NCBI GenBank assembly: GCA_976551045.1
Contig: CDPCPM010000120.1
Location: 3,100,001 to 3,164,000 of the forward strand
DNA from: Glaucostegus cemiculus
Taxonomy: Eukaryota
Reading direction: 5' to 3'
Length of the DNA: 64,000 nucleotides
A program made the translations under genes and the position numbers. The notes below the pieces were generated by a model. That model ran no database searches, was not told the origin of the DNA, and saw only the letters and a program-made list of their open reading frames with translations. This document shows positions 41,401-54,720 of the stretch, piece after piece (position 1 is the stretch's first letter; the number at the start of each line of letters is the position of its first letter).

Positions 41401-44400
41401 ATATTTTTTCACAGAAACATTTATAACTAACTCTGGTGTCCTCCTGTAACATACTGAAGTAAAAAAAGTTTAACACCGACTAGCTTAAATTTTAAATATC
41501 CAGTAATTAGCTCTGATATTGTTCAGATCAAAATCAGAATATATAATTGAGAATATTCGACTGATAGCAGGTTGGAAGTATTGCGGATTTTGTGATGTTA
41601 TCTTTTATGGTAATTTATTCATAAGATATGTGCACCCAGTCAGATGTACTGGGCACCACAGATGCGCGCACACGCGCGCGCGTGATTCTCCTGGGCCGGT
41701 CCGACCTGAACAGTCCGAGCCCGCATGGGCAGCGCTGGTTGGAAGGACTGATCTTTTCTTTCTGCTGACTCGCCGGCCCAATAGCCTGAGCTAATGCTGA
41801 GGGCGTCGTGTGAATGAACTAGAAAACACTCGACAGGTCGTGAATAATCGTTTTAATGAGTGTGTAAAGCATGCGACGGGGTGCAGAGAGCTGTCGGGTT
41901 AAACAAACAACTTGTACCCTGATGTAATCCGATTGTTAAAGTGCAAAGTGGTGTCATTCCAGTTTTCCGTTCCGTTGGTTAAAACCAAGGCTCCAACACG
42001 CGGGAGTCCAATTGTCCCAATTAAAGAAAAATAACAATATTTTCTTAACTTGAGTGTGATCTTGTTTAATGTTAGTCTGTGGTTTAGCCAAGCATCAAGT
42101 CAGACAAAAAGGTGATTTGTGATCGCACTACGGTCTTTAATCAAAGTCCAAATTAACACATAGTATACTTCCAATCCATAGACGGCAAGAAATTGATATT
42201 GTTTTAATCAAAAGAGTGCGTATATTTAGTGTATTTTCTTTATCAAAGCAGTTGAGAGGGCGGTACAATGAAGATCCTTTGGCACCGGTGAAAAGCTTCA
42301 ATAGGTATATTTGATATTTTATATCCAGACGAAGTACGCGGTGAGAGGTTTTCAAACATTCACAATAAGGAAAACCTTGCTTTGGAGGTTGCTGGAGACA
42401 CACTCCCACAGAAATAAGTGCTTAAGTTCCACATAATCACGTGCTTCCAAAATGCAGCCCATGTGTGAAACTTCCGCAAAATTCGGGAGATTTTGTTCAC
42501 CGTGATGTGGTTCATTTCGAGACAATGAGAACGAAAATAAATACTTCCAATTAATTACAAGGATAAAATTAACCTAAATAAAATTAACCGATGCTTTTAA
42601 GCAATCCCTTTCGACACCACGTGTTTGTTGGAAATTGCCTTATGAGATATTGGTCAACTTTAAACTTTAAGATTGAAGAGAGGCGTGGCGGCCTTAGCGA
42701 GATTGCATACATTTTTTGGAACGTCATGTAACTACTAGAGAATTACGTTTAATGTTGGGAAAGGGGTAGTCTTTGCAAAGAATTTAATAATCTGTCGGCA
42801 TCAGCGTTAAAACATTAGCGGTCGAAAACGTAACATGTAAAAAAAACAAACTTGCAGGACATTGACACTGATATTAAAAGCGTAATAGCAGTTATTATTA
42901 TTCCACTATTTTTCATACTTCTTAACAACATTCTTTATGAAACAATCTGCATGCTTAGCTATTCAAGTACACTCAGTTAATTGCTATTAAATATATTTAT
43001 TTTGACATACATAATTCAAAAATAATACAAATATTATATTGCCGAGTGAACAGATCAGACAGAATTCCAGTAATTATACAGTACCGTAAAATCAGTCCCA
43101 GGAAATTGAAGATTTACGCGGTGTAGACAGTAAGTGTTATGTAACTTGTTTGTTCTGACGTTTCCAAAAGGAAAGTATGAGTAAAGTGGTATAATTATAA
43201 GGGCTGATATTTCGGAATTATTTCAGTTCGCATATCAACATTACGGGGGGAAAAACACTATATGCCTGCAAAGGCCAAAATCACGCTCATTTTTTAACAA
43301 CACTCCCACCCAATATTGCGTATTAATCTGGCTGTTTGTTTTCTCTGGTTTGCCGTGTAAGTAAAATGCACTAACATATGTTTACGACAATACAGCTGTG
43401 CTTTAAGAAACGTTTGTCTTGCTGAAGTGAAAACAGGTTACAGAAACAAAAACATTTACAACGTCAGAAGCAGGCGGTGACAATTCTTAACACGTCAACA
43501 GCAACCCGCGAGTTTCAGAGGCAAAAGGAAAATGGAAGTGTTCCCGTCAGATTTCTGTGTGACTACATGTTATGTAATTGAAAAGTGTTTCTCAAATCTA
43601 AACTTTAGAAGTAGGTCTCACGCCTGTTTACGGCATTAGAACAGCCGAATGTTTAGACAACGGATTGCAGTACAAATACGCGACTCATGTTACCGCCACC
43701 CCCGCCTTTATTGCTTTAAAATGAAGCCATTATTCGAATTCTAGCAATTTGCAAATAACACCTTCATCCATGTAAACTTTAATGCTCTCTCATATTGTAC
43801 GCGGATTAGCAAAAACAAATACAAGTGCTTAAGACCACATCAGGCTGCAGGAAATTACAAGTAAAAAGAAACGAAGGTGATTATTCCTGGTGTCGGATGG
43901 GTGCGCCGGGAGTATCCAGCCACACAAGTAGAGGACGTGAGGCGGCAGCCGAGCTCCGTTGCCGGGTTTGATGAATCCAACACTTATACTTCATCCGGCA
44001 GTCATAGCACACGAATCTGCGAATCTAGGTTCTTTCCAAAGTCACTGTACCCGCCCAGAGATATCTTCGCTCTCCCAGCAAAATTAAATATGTCCTTATA
44101 CCTACACTGGCGCTGTGATGATTAGGTGCAATGCTTTCGCTTGAAGGATATGGAAGTCATTGTCCGAGATGGTGTCATAGAAGCGAACTTAAGACAACAA
44201 GAAATGTTGTCCATAGAAAGGGTGAATGTGATGAATGAAATGCTGGTCATAGTGCACGCAGAAAATGTGACATCCATAGCATAGAGTGCTCTCTTATACA
44301 ATAAAAGCATGGTTCGGCGCCGTTACTTGTGGACGGTAAATAGCACCTCTCTGCCGGAGTAGGAATTGCTATTGTTAAACACGCTAAAGCAATTTTGTGT

Positions 44401-46484
44401 AAGATAAAGGAGAAAGGCCAGAGACATTCTTGAGATTGAATTTCTTTAAGTATTCCTTCTCGCAACAGTTCACTAGTTTTTGAAAATTACTGTATTAAAA
44501 GGAAACATTTTATCTAAAGTTCACAAGAGCAGCAGTTGAGGGTTTGCTGTCTCTTCCGTCCCATTTTCCAGACTTTACTGTGTACAAGATGTTTTAAGTG
44601 CCTTCCATATTTTTGATCTCGTTGTATAACAGCGAACTTTAACCTGAACTGAAGTAAAGATTGAATCCCGTTGTCGAATTGACATAATCAAACTTATACA
44701 CAAAAATACGCACGTCGATATCCATTTACTCACTTTTTTTCAGTTAGGAGTATTGACAGTTCTTTTTTTCCATTAAAAAAAATGTCGAAAATGTTTTAAG
44801 ATAGTTCGCTGCCAGCTCTGGGGGTAATCCGGCGATCTTCGAAGTACTGTTACAGTTTTGTGTAGCAGTTGCATTAACACATTTTGCATTAACTGCATTT
44901 TTTAAAAAAATAACATATTCCTTGATAAAATATGCATTGCCTCCCCATTTAAATTTGCTGAAATTAATCTTGCATTGTTTAGACGTTTCTTCAGATTATT
45001 TCTGTTGCTTTACCTAAAACAAGTTTAGCAATAATAACGTGATAATAGTGTATATCATATTTATTACTCGATAAACTGTAATTGTGTTGCGCTAGTAAAG
45101 GTTGCCACCAAAAGTATTTTGGCTTGTAACAGTGTAAATTATTTAGATCATCTTCCGAGATAGGATCACTGCAGGGAAACAGGCCATTCGGCCCAACTCG
45201 TTCACGCCGACTCGCCGTTCTCGTTCGTTAAATTCTGCATTAGCACAGGCACTTTTTGTTAATAATTTCCACTTACTTTACTATAAACAACGTGGTAACA
45301 TTGTTGGAGTACGTTTCACGTAGGCAATATTTTAATTTCGGTAAACTGATGTGGGTCAGTCATACTTTTCTCCCCGATTTAACAAAAACCCTTTGGGGGG
45401 AACAAAACAAACTTTGTGAATAAATATGCTCTTCGACGATACGAGTTTTCATTTGTACATAACGCTCTCGAAGTAGCTGTCGCTTATCTTTTTTAACACC
45501 ATTGTTGAAATTGACTGGAGTGAGGTCTTTACCGCTTTTGGCATACCTCGGTTAACATAATCTTCACAACCGCTTCAAAATTTTCACACAGAACATCAGC
45601 ATACTAATATTTTAGCACATTTCATTGAGAGTCTTTCAAATTTATAATTTTACTTATCAAAACACAGTTTCTTGACGTTTGCTTTGAAATTAACTGGCAT
45701 ATAATAGTCCCCAATTAACTGAGAATGTAAAATAGAGGTCTTTCACCTCGCTTCCCAATTGGTATGAAGGAAGCGTTCCACGACTCTTACCGTTAAGTTT
45801 GGCATTCATACAAAACACCTAATAACATTATAAAATATGCCACCTTGGTTGACGTTTCATTGCCCACACGTGATCAGTAATTGCTTTCAGGGATATTTTT
45901 AATCTGACTCTTCCGATGTAAACGTCAAAAGCAGTATATATTTAGGTATATATGTTGTGTGAGTTTGTGAACACTGCATTTCTAGCTTAATGAACAAAAT
46001 GTTTTTAAAAAGCCTTTGCGTGTTTGAACAAGAGGGGGCAAGACCTGGACATCATTAAGGTTCTCACGTAAATACACTTACATCCAAATTTACTTTATAT
46101 AATTAACTGTAGTTTCAGTTTTCGCTGCATCTCGATATTTTCTCGTTGCAAGTTTTTTTTTCCCCCCCAGGAATAAATAGAACAACAGGTACATTTACTG
46201 TCAGGCAATGGTGTTAACGCAGCTAAGCAGATCAAACAATAGCAAACTGTTGTTGGAAGTCTCCCCGTTGCTAACAAGTAGCGGAATAAGGGTAGGATTG
46301 TTTTTGCACTGAAAATCTATGACCATTATTTGACGCATATTTACTGCAGTAGTTGAATCTATTTGGTGAAAAAAAGCTTAATTTTGCAGTGATGTTTTTC
46401 AAAAAGGCTTTTTGAAAGTAATATTTTTTTATTATGTCCTTACATATGAAATGTTAAAAATCTTTGTTTTGCTCTAAGCACTTC

Positions 46485-46815
46485 AGTTCAAAAAATCTAG
46501 ACTGACAACTCAGTGCAGCATGGGAGGAATACTGCACTGTTGGAAGTGCTATATTTCAGATCAGATGATAAATCACATTGATGTAGCAACAATTTTGAAG
46601 AAGGGGAAGGGAAGTATCCCTGATGTCCTGGCCAATACCTATTGCTCAATTAACACTACTAAAATACATTATACAGACATTTTCACTTTGCTGCCTAGCA
46701 ATGCCCAAATTGGCTACCAGATTTCCTACATTACAAGGTGACTACCTTCCAGGAAGTACTTTATTAGTTATAAAGGATTTTGATGTGTCCTGAGACTGCG
46801 AAAGATATATCTTTG
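46485..46815 (+). mobile_element. Deu-domain SINE (SacSINE1/AmnSINE-like)
   Basis: aatctagactgacaactcagtgcagcatgggaggaatactgcactgttggaagtgct...tttcagat...gaagaagggg...ccctgatgtcctggccaata...aaattggctaccagatttcctacattacaa is the recognisable Deu core plus tail. Confidence 0.75.
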
Positions 46816-49276
46816 TTTTTCTTAAATCAGGTTAAGGTAACATAATTAAATCTGATCAACATAACAAGACATTACTGCTCAGTCCTTGTTTAATAAGTGA
46901 ATGCATCATTCAAATGTAACATTGAGTCAGAATAGTAAACGGCTAACCTTATGGCACCACTTTAAAAAAAAAAGTTTCCTTGTTAATTTTAAGAACACTT
47001 TTAAAGCTGAGATAATTTTAAACCTCTTCCTCTGGCACTGATTTTGGATGAGTTAGAATAGTGCTCTTTTACCTTAGGAATCTGGGGTCTGATAAAGCTT
47101 AGACAGATGGGATGATTCATCTCCACAATTTGCTGCTTCTTCAAGGGTGTAACTGAAACAACTTTGAGCTGTATTAACCCGGTTTTTATTGGATTTAAGT
47201 CGACTGCACAAAACTGTCTGTAATTTGGCACCAATTGCAGCTGATTGAGCAGTCTCACTCACATTGGCCACGTGGATGGTTTGATCTGTGGCAAATAAAA
47301 ATGTCAGTGAAATACTCAATAGGACAAGAAATACTTGGAGCCAGGCACAGAAAACACAACGGTTCCTATTCCTCCAGAAATATAAGGTATCCAACAGAAT
47401 GCTTCTCATTCTTCATAATTTGAAATTTCAATGGTTTTAAAATTAATAATATAAAGCAAAATTACTCATAGTTCAGTGACATAATAATATAGTATGAATT
47501 GGACAGGCAAATTTTGTTTTATTTTCAATGCATATTTCTGTTCTGAAATACTGAGCACTACATGGTATTCCATAATATAAAAAACAAACAAAACATTATT
47601 TAGATAGTACAGAGGATGAGACAGTCAATTTCATTTAAAAATGCACATTTTCTGTAGACAAAAAGGAAACTCTTTCCAATTTTATCAATGCAACTCATTT
47701 TTTCAAATACACACAAGATATAACAAATTAATGGACATATTTTCTTTTAATATGGATGATTACTAAGTTTATAGTTTGAAACAAAATAATTTTCCAATCC
47801 TGTAATGTTTAAAATAGCATTCTTGATGCTGAGAGATATATTGCAAAAACACAATGTTTAGTGCATTATTTTGATGTCCATTATTATTTTATATCTTCAC
47901 TACTGTATTTCTAAGCACGCAGATTGACAAACGATGTTGTTTCAGATGTAATTGTGGTACCTGCAGAAGATATGGCACAGTGTACAAAGTCAGGTGCTGT
48001 TGGGAGTTTCCAAAAAGCATATGAAATTGAAGTGCAGGTAAGGACAAGAACCTAAAGGTCTGTATTCTAGTCTTTTTGATCAAATGATAGATTTGGTTAT
48101 TCTGCCAAACAACTTGGTTGTATGGCCAATAAATGCTCATTGCTACATCAATATAATTTCATATTTTATATAAAAAGCTGATATGGGTTTCAAAAGCAAC
48201 ACCACACACGGTAATTTAAGTATATATTGTAGTGTTTGCTAATTACTTATGTGAGAATGTGTAGGCATCATTGAAAGATAGAGGATATTGAGTAAGTTAA
48301 AACCAACAATTACCTCATGCTTTAATTAACAATTTACTCCTTTTTTCTAGCACTGTGTCTTTGCATTCATACAATAAAACAATACCCTAGGCCTATATTT
48401 ACTAAAAATTGCATATTCACATTCTCCCTGCTTTGTGAATAAAGTGTGAGATCACACAAGCAAAGCTTTTGATGTGATTTATTAACATTGATTTAGAGTG
48501 TGATTAATTAAGAACACATGCACATTCAAGAATCTGCACACGCATAAAACTGCATGTACTATGCAAACAAATTAAGTATTCCCATTCAGACATTTGTAAT
48601 ATTTGACCTGATTAACTTTTCTTGCCTATTGTTCTCGTGTTATTACAATTGTAAAGTGCTTCGGGTACAGTTGAGTAAATCCATGTGAACAACTTACATT
48701 GTATAAGAGGGATATCCAATAATAATGACATATATACTTTAGGGAATGGTGATTGTGTTTTTTTTAAAAGGTAAAATTAAACAGTTGTTCTCATACTCAG
48801 TTTACACTGAGACTGTATTGGCACAAACCTGTATAGAGAAATTGTCTAGCAAGGTCAATTTTTAAATGATGAGCTAATGAAAATGGGATGCATTTCCCTG
48901 TGTTTTATTTGCTTTTTCTGTGCCTTATATTCCAACAACAGCCTACATTTGAATAGTTCCTTCAATACAATAAAGTGGCCAAAGGAATTTTATCAATCTA
49001 ACAAAGAAAAAACACAGATTATGTATTTATAATCATTAACTAACTCTCAATGCTTTGAGCAACCATGAAGAATTGCATCAGAGGCCATGTTATCTTCTGA
49101 TTTTCCTCATTCTTTTGGGAGAACTATTTATTTAGGTCTTTAAATCAAAATACCCTTCATAAGAACATTGCGCTCCTCTGGAATAATCCAGTTGAGGTTG
49201 AAACTCTCTAGCATATAGAATTAAACTTTGATTCCAATTCAACCATTGCACAAGACGTATGTTAAATACATATGGA

Positions 49277-49745
49277 AAATGCTGGAGATAATTGCTAAGT
49301 GAGGCAGCATCTATGGAGATAGAAACAGAGTTGACACTTTAAGTCTATGACCTTTCATCAGAACTGAGAAAACTTAGAGATCAAAGACTTGGCTTGGAGA
49401 AGCAAGGTTCTATGATATTTTTCCATGCTGTTTCTTCGAGTTTAAACATTATACTCTGTTTATCCAGTGCCCAGCGCAAATTCTGTTTAATTAATGCATA
49501 GCTATTTGATCAATTGAATTGTTCTTATTAGAATAGCATATATGGCATTGTAAATTATGACCTGAGGCATTTTATTGTGGCAGAAATAATCTTCACTGAA
49601 ATAAACTTATCAATGGAGTTTATTCTGATGAAGGATTAGAGGTCTGAAAAGATAATTGTTTCTCTTTCCATATATGCTGCCTGACCTACTGAGTGTCTCC
49701 AGACATCCCTGTCTTATTTCAGATTTCCAGCATCTACATTTTTTT
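49277..49745. mobile_element. Two Penelope-like terminal repeats in inverted orientation (49277-49370 minus, 49621-49745 plus)
   Basis: aaatgctggaga...gaggcagcatctatggagatagaaaca...tcatcagaa is mirrored by ttctgatga...tgtttctctttccatatatgctgcctgacc...ctccag. Confidence 0.65.
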
Positions 49746-50464
49746 TTGATTTAAAGGAGAATTGCTTATGGAGTTCAAATGCATATCAGCACTTGGAATT
49801 CTACATTTTTGTTGAATCTTTATTAATTACTTGCTTTCCAGTAATTACTGGTGCTAATTATTATTGGACGTGAAAGATAATCAATCAACTAAAACTTTTC
49901 TTTAAGTATCTCATCATTATGAAGTTGTAATAAACTGTTTTATATATATGTAGTTGATTCTCTTAACAAAATTATCATTTCGTTTCATGAAAATAAATGT
50001 TGATATTACTATGTCCCACTCTATCTTAATGCTTATTTTTCAAGCTACAAGGGAGTACTGTGCAGTAATTTAACAGGCTGCATCATTTCTTTTTTTGCAG
50101 CAAAGGTTCCAGCTAACAGAGAAGGAGACATTTATTTTCTATGGTATACTTCCTGCATATTATGATAGCATTATGGCAGAAACCTCTTTAGCATTGTATA
50201 GATTTAAATAAATTGTCAGTCTCTTGGAAGTAATCTGATGAATTGTTGCAAAAGAAATAGCATTAAGTTTTCCAGTTGATCCCCTGATGAATTCCTCACC
50301 AATTCTCAAAATGAGAGTTGCCAAGAGCATAATTCCGAACACAGAGAATTTTGTGAAAAGGACAAACTTCAATGGTAGGAACAAAAACACAGGCAATTTG
50401 TATGAAAACATAAGATTAGTAAAAATGAAGCAAGACAGGTAATAAAAAGGCAAAAAGGAAAGGT

Positions 50465-50950
50465 AGAGCTACTGCCTTATATCTCTAGCCCCTGGGTTTG
50501 AACCTTGGGTGTTGTCTGTGTCAGGTTTGTACATTATTGCTGTGACTGCATGGATTTCCCCTGGGTACTCCAGTTTCCTCTCATATCCCAATACATGTGG
50601 GTTGGTAGGTTAATTGGCTGTTGTAAATTCCCCCTAGTGTAGATGGGTGATAANNNNNNNNNNNNNNNNNNNNNNNNNNNNNNNNNNNNNNNNNNNNNNN
50701 NNNNNNNNNNNNNNNNNNNNNNNNNNNNNNNNNNNNNNNNNNNNNNNNNNNNNNNNNNNNNNNNNNNNNNNNNNNNNNNNNNNNNNNNNNNNNNNNNNNN
50801 NNNNNNNNNNNNNNNNNNNNNNNNNNNNNNNNNNNNNNNNNNNNNGCTAATGATCATGTGAGAGAGAATATGTTAAAGAGTAATTGATGCGTTTGCTCTG
50901 AGAATCAGCATCGATTCTATGGGCTGAATGAGCTCCTTCTGCATCAAAAT
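50465..50950 (+). mobile_element. V-SINE (HE1-like) spanning an assembly gap
   Basis: gtgactgcatggatttcccctgggtactccagtttcctctcatatccc...ggtaggttaattggctgttgtaaattccccctagtgtag (V-domain) and a CR1-type tail atgggctgaatgagctccttctg. Confidence 0.8.
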
Positions 50951-51074
50951 GGAACATCTGAAAAATATCTTAACCAAGTATACATATGTAGATAGTGCCT
51001 GTGGTTGGCTAGGATTCCATGTGCCCAGTTAGGCCTAACTGTAAAGAGCTGGGAAGAACCATTGTTAAAAAGAG

Positions 51075-51690
51075 AGACCATTACTCAAGAGGAAGAAAGG
51101 GAGAGATCAATTAAACACAGCCCATTCAAACCTGTCCAGTGCAAACTGTGTTTACTTCATAAGTAGTTGTTTAAATGACAGGGTTGGTCAAATTATTGGA
51201 AAGAATTCTGAATGACAGTACTAATCCTCATTTTGAAAGGCACAGATGAATGAAACACAACATGGAAAGATCTAATGATTAGATGTCGTACATTAGATGT
51301 CATCTAGCTGGATTTTAGCAAGGTTTTGACACATACACAGCTGGAGGACTGGTCAGAAAAACAAAGTCCACGGGATTTGAAGGAAACTGGAAAGGTCAAT
51401 CCAAAAATTGGCCCAGAGGCAAGTGCAAAGTGTAACGGTGGCTGAATGTTTTTGTGACTGAACCGCAGTTCTGTCAGCCTCAGTGTTTGGTCCTAATCTT
51501 TTCATGGTTTATGTAACTGAGTTAGACTTAAGTATTGGCATAAAGATTAAGAATATTGTAAATGAAATAAAAATTAGTCTGAAGTTTATAAGGGAAAGAA
51601 GACTAAAGATTGCACAGAGGTATCAATGGTCTGGTCAGATAGGTATAAAAGTAGCAGTCAAAGGAAGCAAAAAGACTAAGGGAATGCTAT
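51075..51690 (+). mobile_element. CR1 LINE reverse transcriptase relic
   Basis: Degenerate motifs LVKLLERIL, LDFSKVFD, GGLVRK, SVFGPNLFMVYVTELD (compare DFSKAFD, GRLVRK, SVLGPLLF.IYINDLD). Confidence 0.8.
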
Positions 51691-51714
51691 TATAATTTAT
51701 TAATTTTTTGGTGG

Positions 51715-52570
51715 TTTAAGGAGTCAGTAGCAAAGCTTGTGCTTAATGTCCATCCCCAATACATGTGGAGAAGGTGGTGCTGAGCTGTTGCCTTGAATTG
51801 CAGCAGTCCTTCTGGTGAAGGTGCTCCCACAGGGCTCTTGGGTAAAAAGTTCCAGGATTCAGACCCAGTGACAATGGTATACCTCCAAGTCAGAATGGTA
51901 TGTGATTGGAGGGGAACCTGCAGATGAATCAGAATCAGAATCAGAATCAGAATCAGTTTTATTGTCACAACCATATACATACATGGTACGCATAGGAGCG
52001 AGATACCGTCCTCCACAGGAACACGTCTCATAGAAAAGAATAACATAACAACCAACAGAGAGACACATACACACTGTATGTGTGGTGATGGTGGTGTTAC
52101 CTGCTGCCTTTATCCTTCTTTGTGGTACAGTTGTGAATTTGGGAAATGGTTAGAGTAGCTAGGCAAGTGACAACAGTGGGAACACACATTGCAGATGGTG
52201 GAGGGAATGAATGTTCACGATTTTGAATGGGGTGCCAATCAGGCAGGCAGCTTTGTTCTAAATGGTATTGAGCTTTTCAAGTCTTTTTGGAGCTGACCAT
52301 ATCCAGGTAAGTACAAGGTATTCCATTACCCTCCTGACAGGCTTTGTAGATGATGGAAAGGCTTTGGGCTGTCATGAAATGAGTCACATATCACAGCACA
52401 CCCAGAATACGACCTGCTCTTATAGCCACCTTATTTATGTGGCTGTTCCAACTGACTCTCTTATAGTGAGTTATTGATGCTGAGGGAGCTCAGTTATGAT
52501 CATGCCATTGAATGTCAAGGGCAGGTGGTTAGAGTTTCTCCTGTAAGAGTTGGGTTACCACCTGTCATTA
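51715..52570 (-). mobile_element. CR1/L2-group LINE 3' portion interrupted by a nested insertion at ~51926-52085
   Basis: gagaaggtggtg...gccttgaa...cagtccttctggtgaaggtgctcccaca...ttccaggattcagacccagtgacaat is the reverse complement of related + strand copies at 53390-53850 and 54730-54860. Confidence 0.65.
51926..52085 (-). mobile_element. Short non-LTR retroelement 3' end with (GAATCA)5 tail
   Basis: Hexamer repeat 51926-51956 followed by ttttattgtcac (reverse complement gtgacaataaaa), as in Rex1-type 3' ends. Confidence 0.65.
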
Positions 52571-53389
52571 CTGTTCTGCATATGTTAATCACTTGATACA
52601 TTGTATGAGTAGTGCAGAGGGAAAGGAGGATTCATGAAGTTACTGGGACATGTTGATAAGATAATTACTAAGGCAAGTGGGATTAGACCAGGTATCCCTT
52701 CTTTAGCTGGAATTAACTCAATGGTCCAAGTAGCCTCCATCTGTGCTACAAATGTCTATGATCCTTTGATGACATTAAGTTGCAACCAATCTGAACAAAT
52801 AAGTGTGAGGTTTCCAATAGAGAAGCAGACATCCAGAATTAAACAACGGTGTAGAAAAATAACTTCAAAGGAAGAGATAAACGAGTAACCATCAGGTTCT
52901 AAGAAGAATTATCAACTTTTATGGAATGTTTATGTAAAACATTATTCATAAAGTTATATATTGAGCTCACTCAGAAATAAAAATGTTCCCCTTTCCCCAC
53001 ACACCATTCTAATGGGATAGTAAGTGATGGAAGTTGTTAATAGGACTAGTAACCAATACTAATACACCAACAATTTGCATTTCCCACTGCAAACATCCAT
53101 CTCCTGACTTCACTGTAACCTTGGTCCAAAAATGGATAGAAGGATGACTACCCTTGATAATAAAGCAGCACTTGAGTGAATATAGCACCAGTTCTGATGA
53201 AGGACCTTCAACCTGAAAGATTATCTGGTTTCTTTTTCCATAGATGCTGCTTCACTGGCTGCATTCTTCCAGCATTTCTGATTTTGTTGTTGACTCAAGG
53301 AGCCCCAGAAAAGTGAAACCAGTCGGAATCTGAGGGTAATTCCACTGGCTAGAACCGTACCCAGCCTCATTAGCCACCTCTAAAAACAA

Positions 53390-53855
53390 CAAGACTGGAA
53401 TGGAAGCAATTCATCTAATCCCGAGAGACTGCCTAAGAAGCAGGAAGTAGATGGGGTACTCTTCATTTTCCTGGGTAAATGCAGCTCCAGCAATGCTCAA
53501 GCGTTTGACATAATCATTAATTAGGCAGTACGCTTTACTGGTATGCCATCTACTAACTTAAATATTGATAACTCACCACCAGCCTTTCCATTATTGTGCA
53601 TCATGAGGGCCGTCAACAAAAGGCATTGCACCCCTCACCACAGTTTGTTGACAGCACCTCCCAATATTGCAAACTCTACACCCAAAAAGCAAGGGCAGTC
53701 CTTGCATGGGAACATCTGCAAGTCCTCCTCAAAGTCTACTCTGATCTGGAAATACATTCCCAGTCCTTCATCGTTGCTGGATCAAAATCCTGGAACAACA
53801 TGCCTCACAATATGGTAAGAGAACCTTCATTATAAGAACTACATCAGTTCAAGAT
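53390..53855 (+). mobile_element. CR1/L2-group LINE 3' fragment
   Basis: gggtaaatgcagctccagcaatgctcaag...ttcatcgttgctggatcaaaatcctggaac...cagttcaag, homologous to the minus copy at 51715-52570. Confidence 0.6.
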
Positions 53856-53947
53856 CTGTACTTGAAAATCAGAAAATTGCAGATTCTGGAAATATGACAA
53901 AGAAATAGAGTGTGTTGAAAATATCACACACCATCCTGATTCACAAA

Positions 53948-54720
53948 AGAACATAAAGACATAGAATCAGAAATAGGCCATTGGGCCTTTTGTTCCATTA
54001 AATAAGTTCCTGGCTGATCTTTTACCTCAATGCCACCTTCCCGCAATAATCTTATATCCCTTGATTCCCTTAATATCTAAAAATCTATTAAATCATCTTG
54101 AATATACTGAGCAATTGAGCCTCTACAATTCTCTTGGGTAAAGACTTCCAAAGACTCAGTACCGTTTGGCTGAAAACAATTCTTTTCATCTCAGCCTTGG
54201 ATGGCCAACCTCTTACTCTGAGTTTATGACTCCTAGTTCCAGGCTGCCGGGCCAGGGGAAACATTGACTCTGCCTCCACCCTGTCAAGTCCCAAAGAATT
54301 TTGTAATTCTCAAAGAGATCATCACTTATTCCTGTCAACTTGAGGACGTAGGTTCTCGCTACTTAAACTTTTTTTCATATGATGAACTTGTTACCCCAGG
54401 AAGAGAGTTGGTTAAATTTAGTTGCACCCCCCTCTGTCACAAATGTTTCCTTCTTTGGGTATACAATAATCCATGTGTGGTGTCACCAAAGTCCCAAATA
54501 ATTGGAGCAAGACGTCTCTTGCTCTGGTACTCAAATCCTAAAAATACAGGCCAACATACTGTTTGCCCTTCACAATTGCTTGCTGTACCTGTAAGCTAAC
54601 ATTTAATGATTGTGTGTGCAGACATCTGAGTCACCCTGATACCTCTCAGTCTCCTACCATTAAAAAAAATCTTCCTTTCTACTTTATCTATCAAAGTGGT
54701 AGACCTCACATATCTCCAAA
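53948..54720 (-). mobile_element. CR1 LINE 3' end
   Basis: ORF 54088-54294 (GLDRVEAESMFPLARQPGTRSHKLRVRGWPSKAEMKRIVFSQTVLSLWKSLPKRIVEA) is a typical CR1 ORF2 C-terminus; tail at 53950-53990. Confidence 0.85.

Noticed and set aside
43870-44370. Coding-like stretch with faint resemblance to Penelope reverse transcriptase (LKF...TISD) on the minus strand
   Set aside because: Stops in all frames and no intact motif; too weak to call without a profile search.
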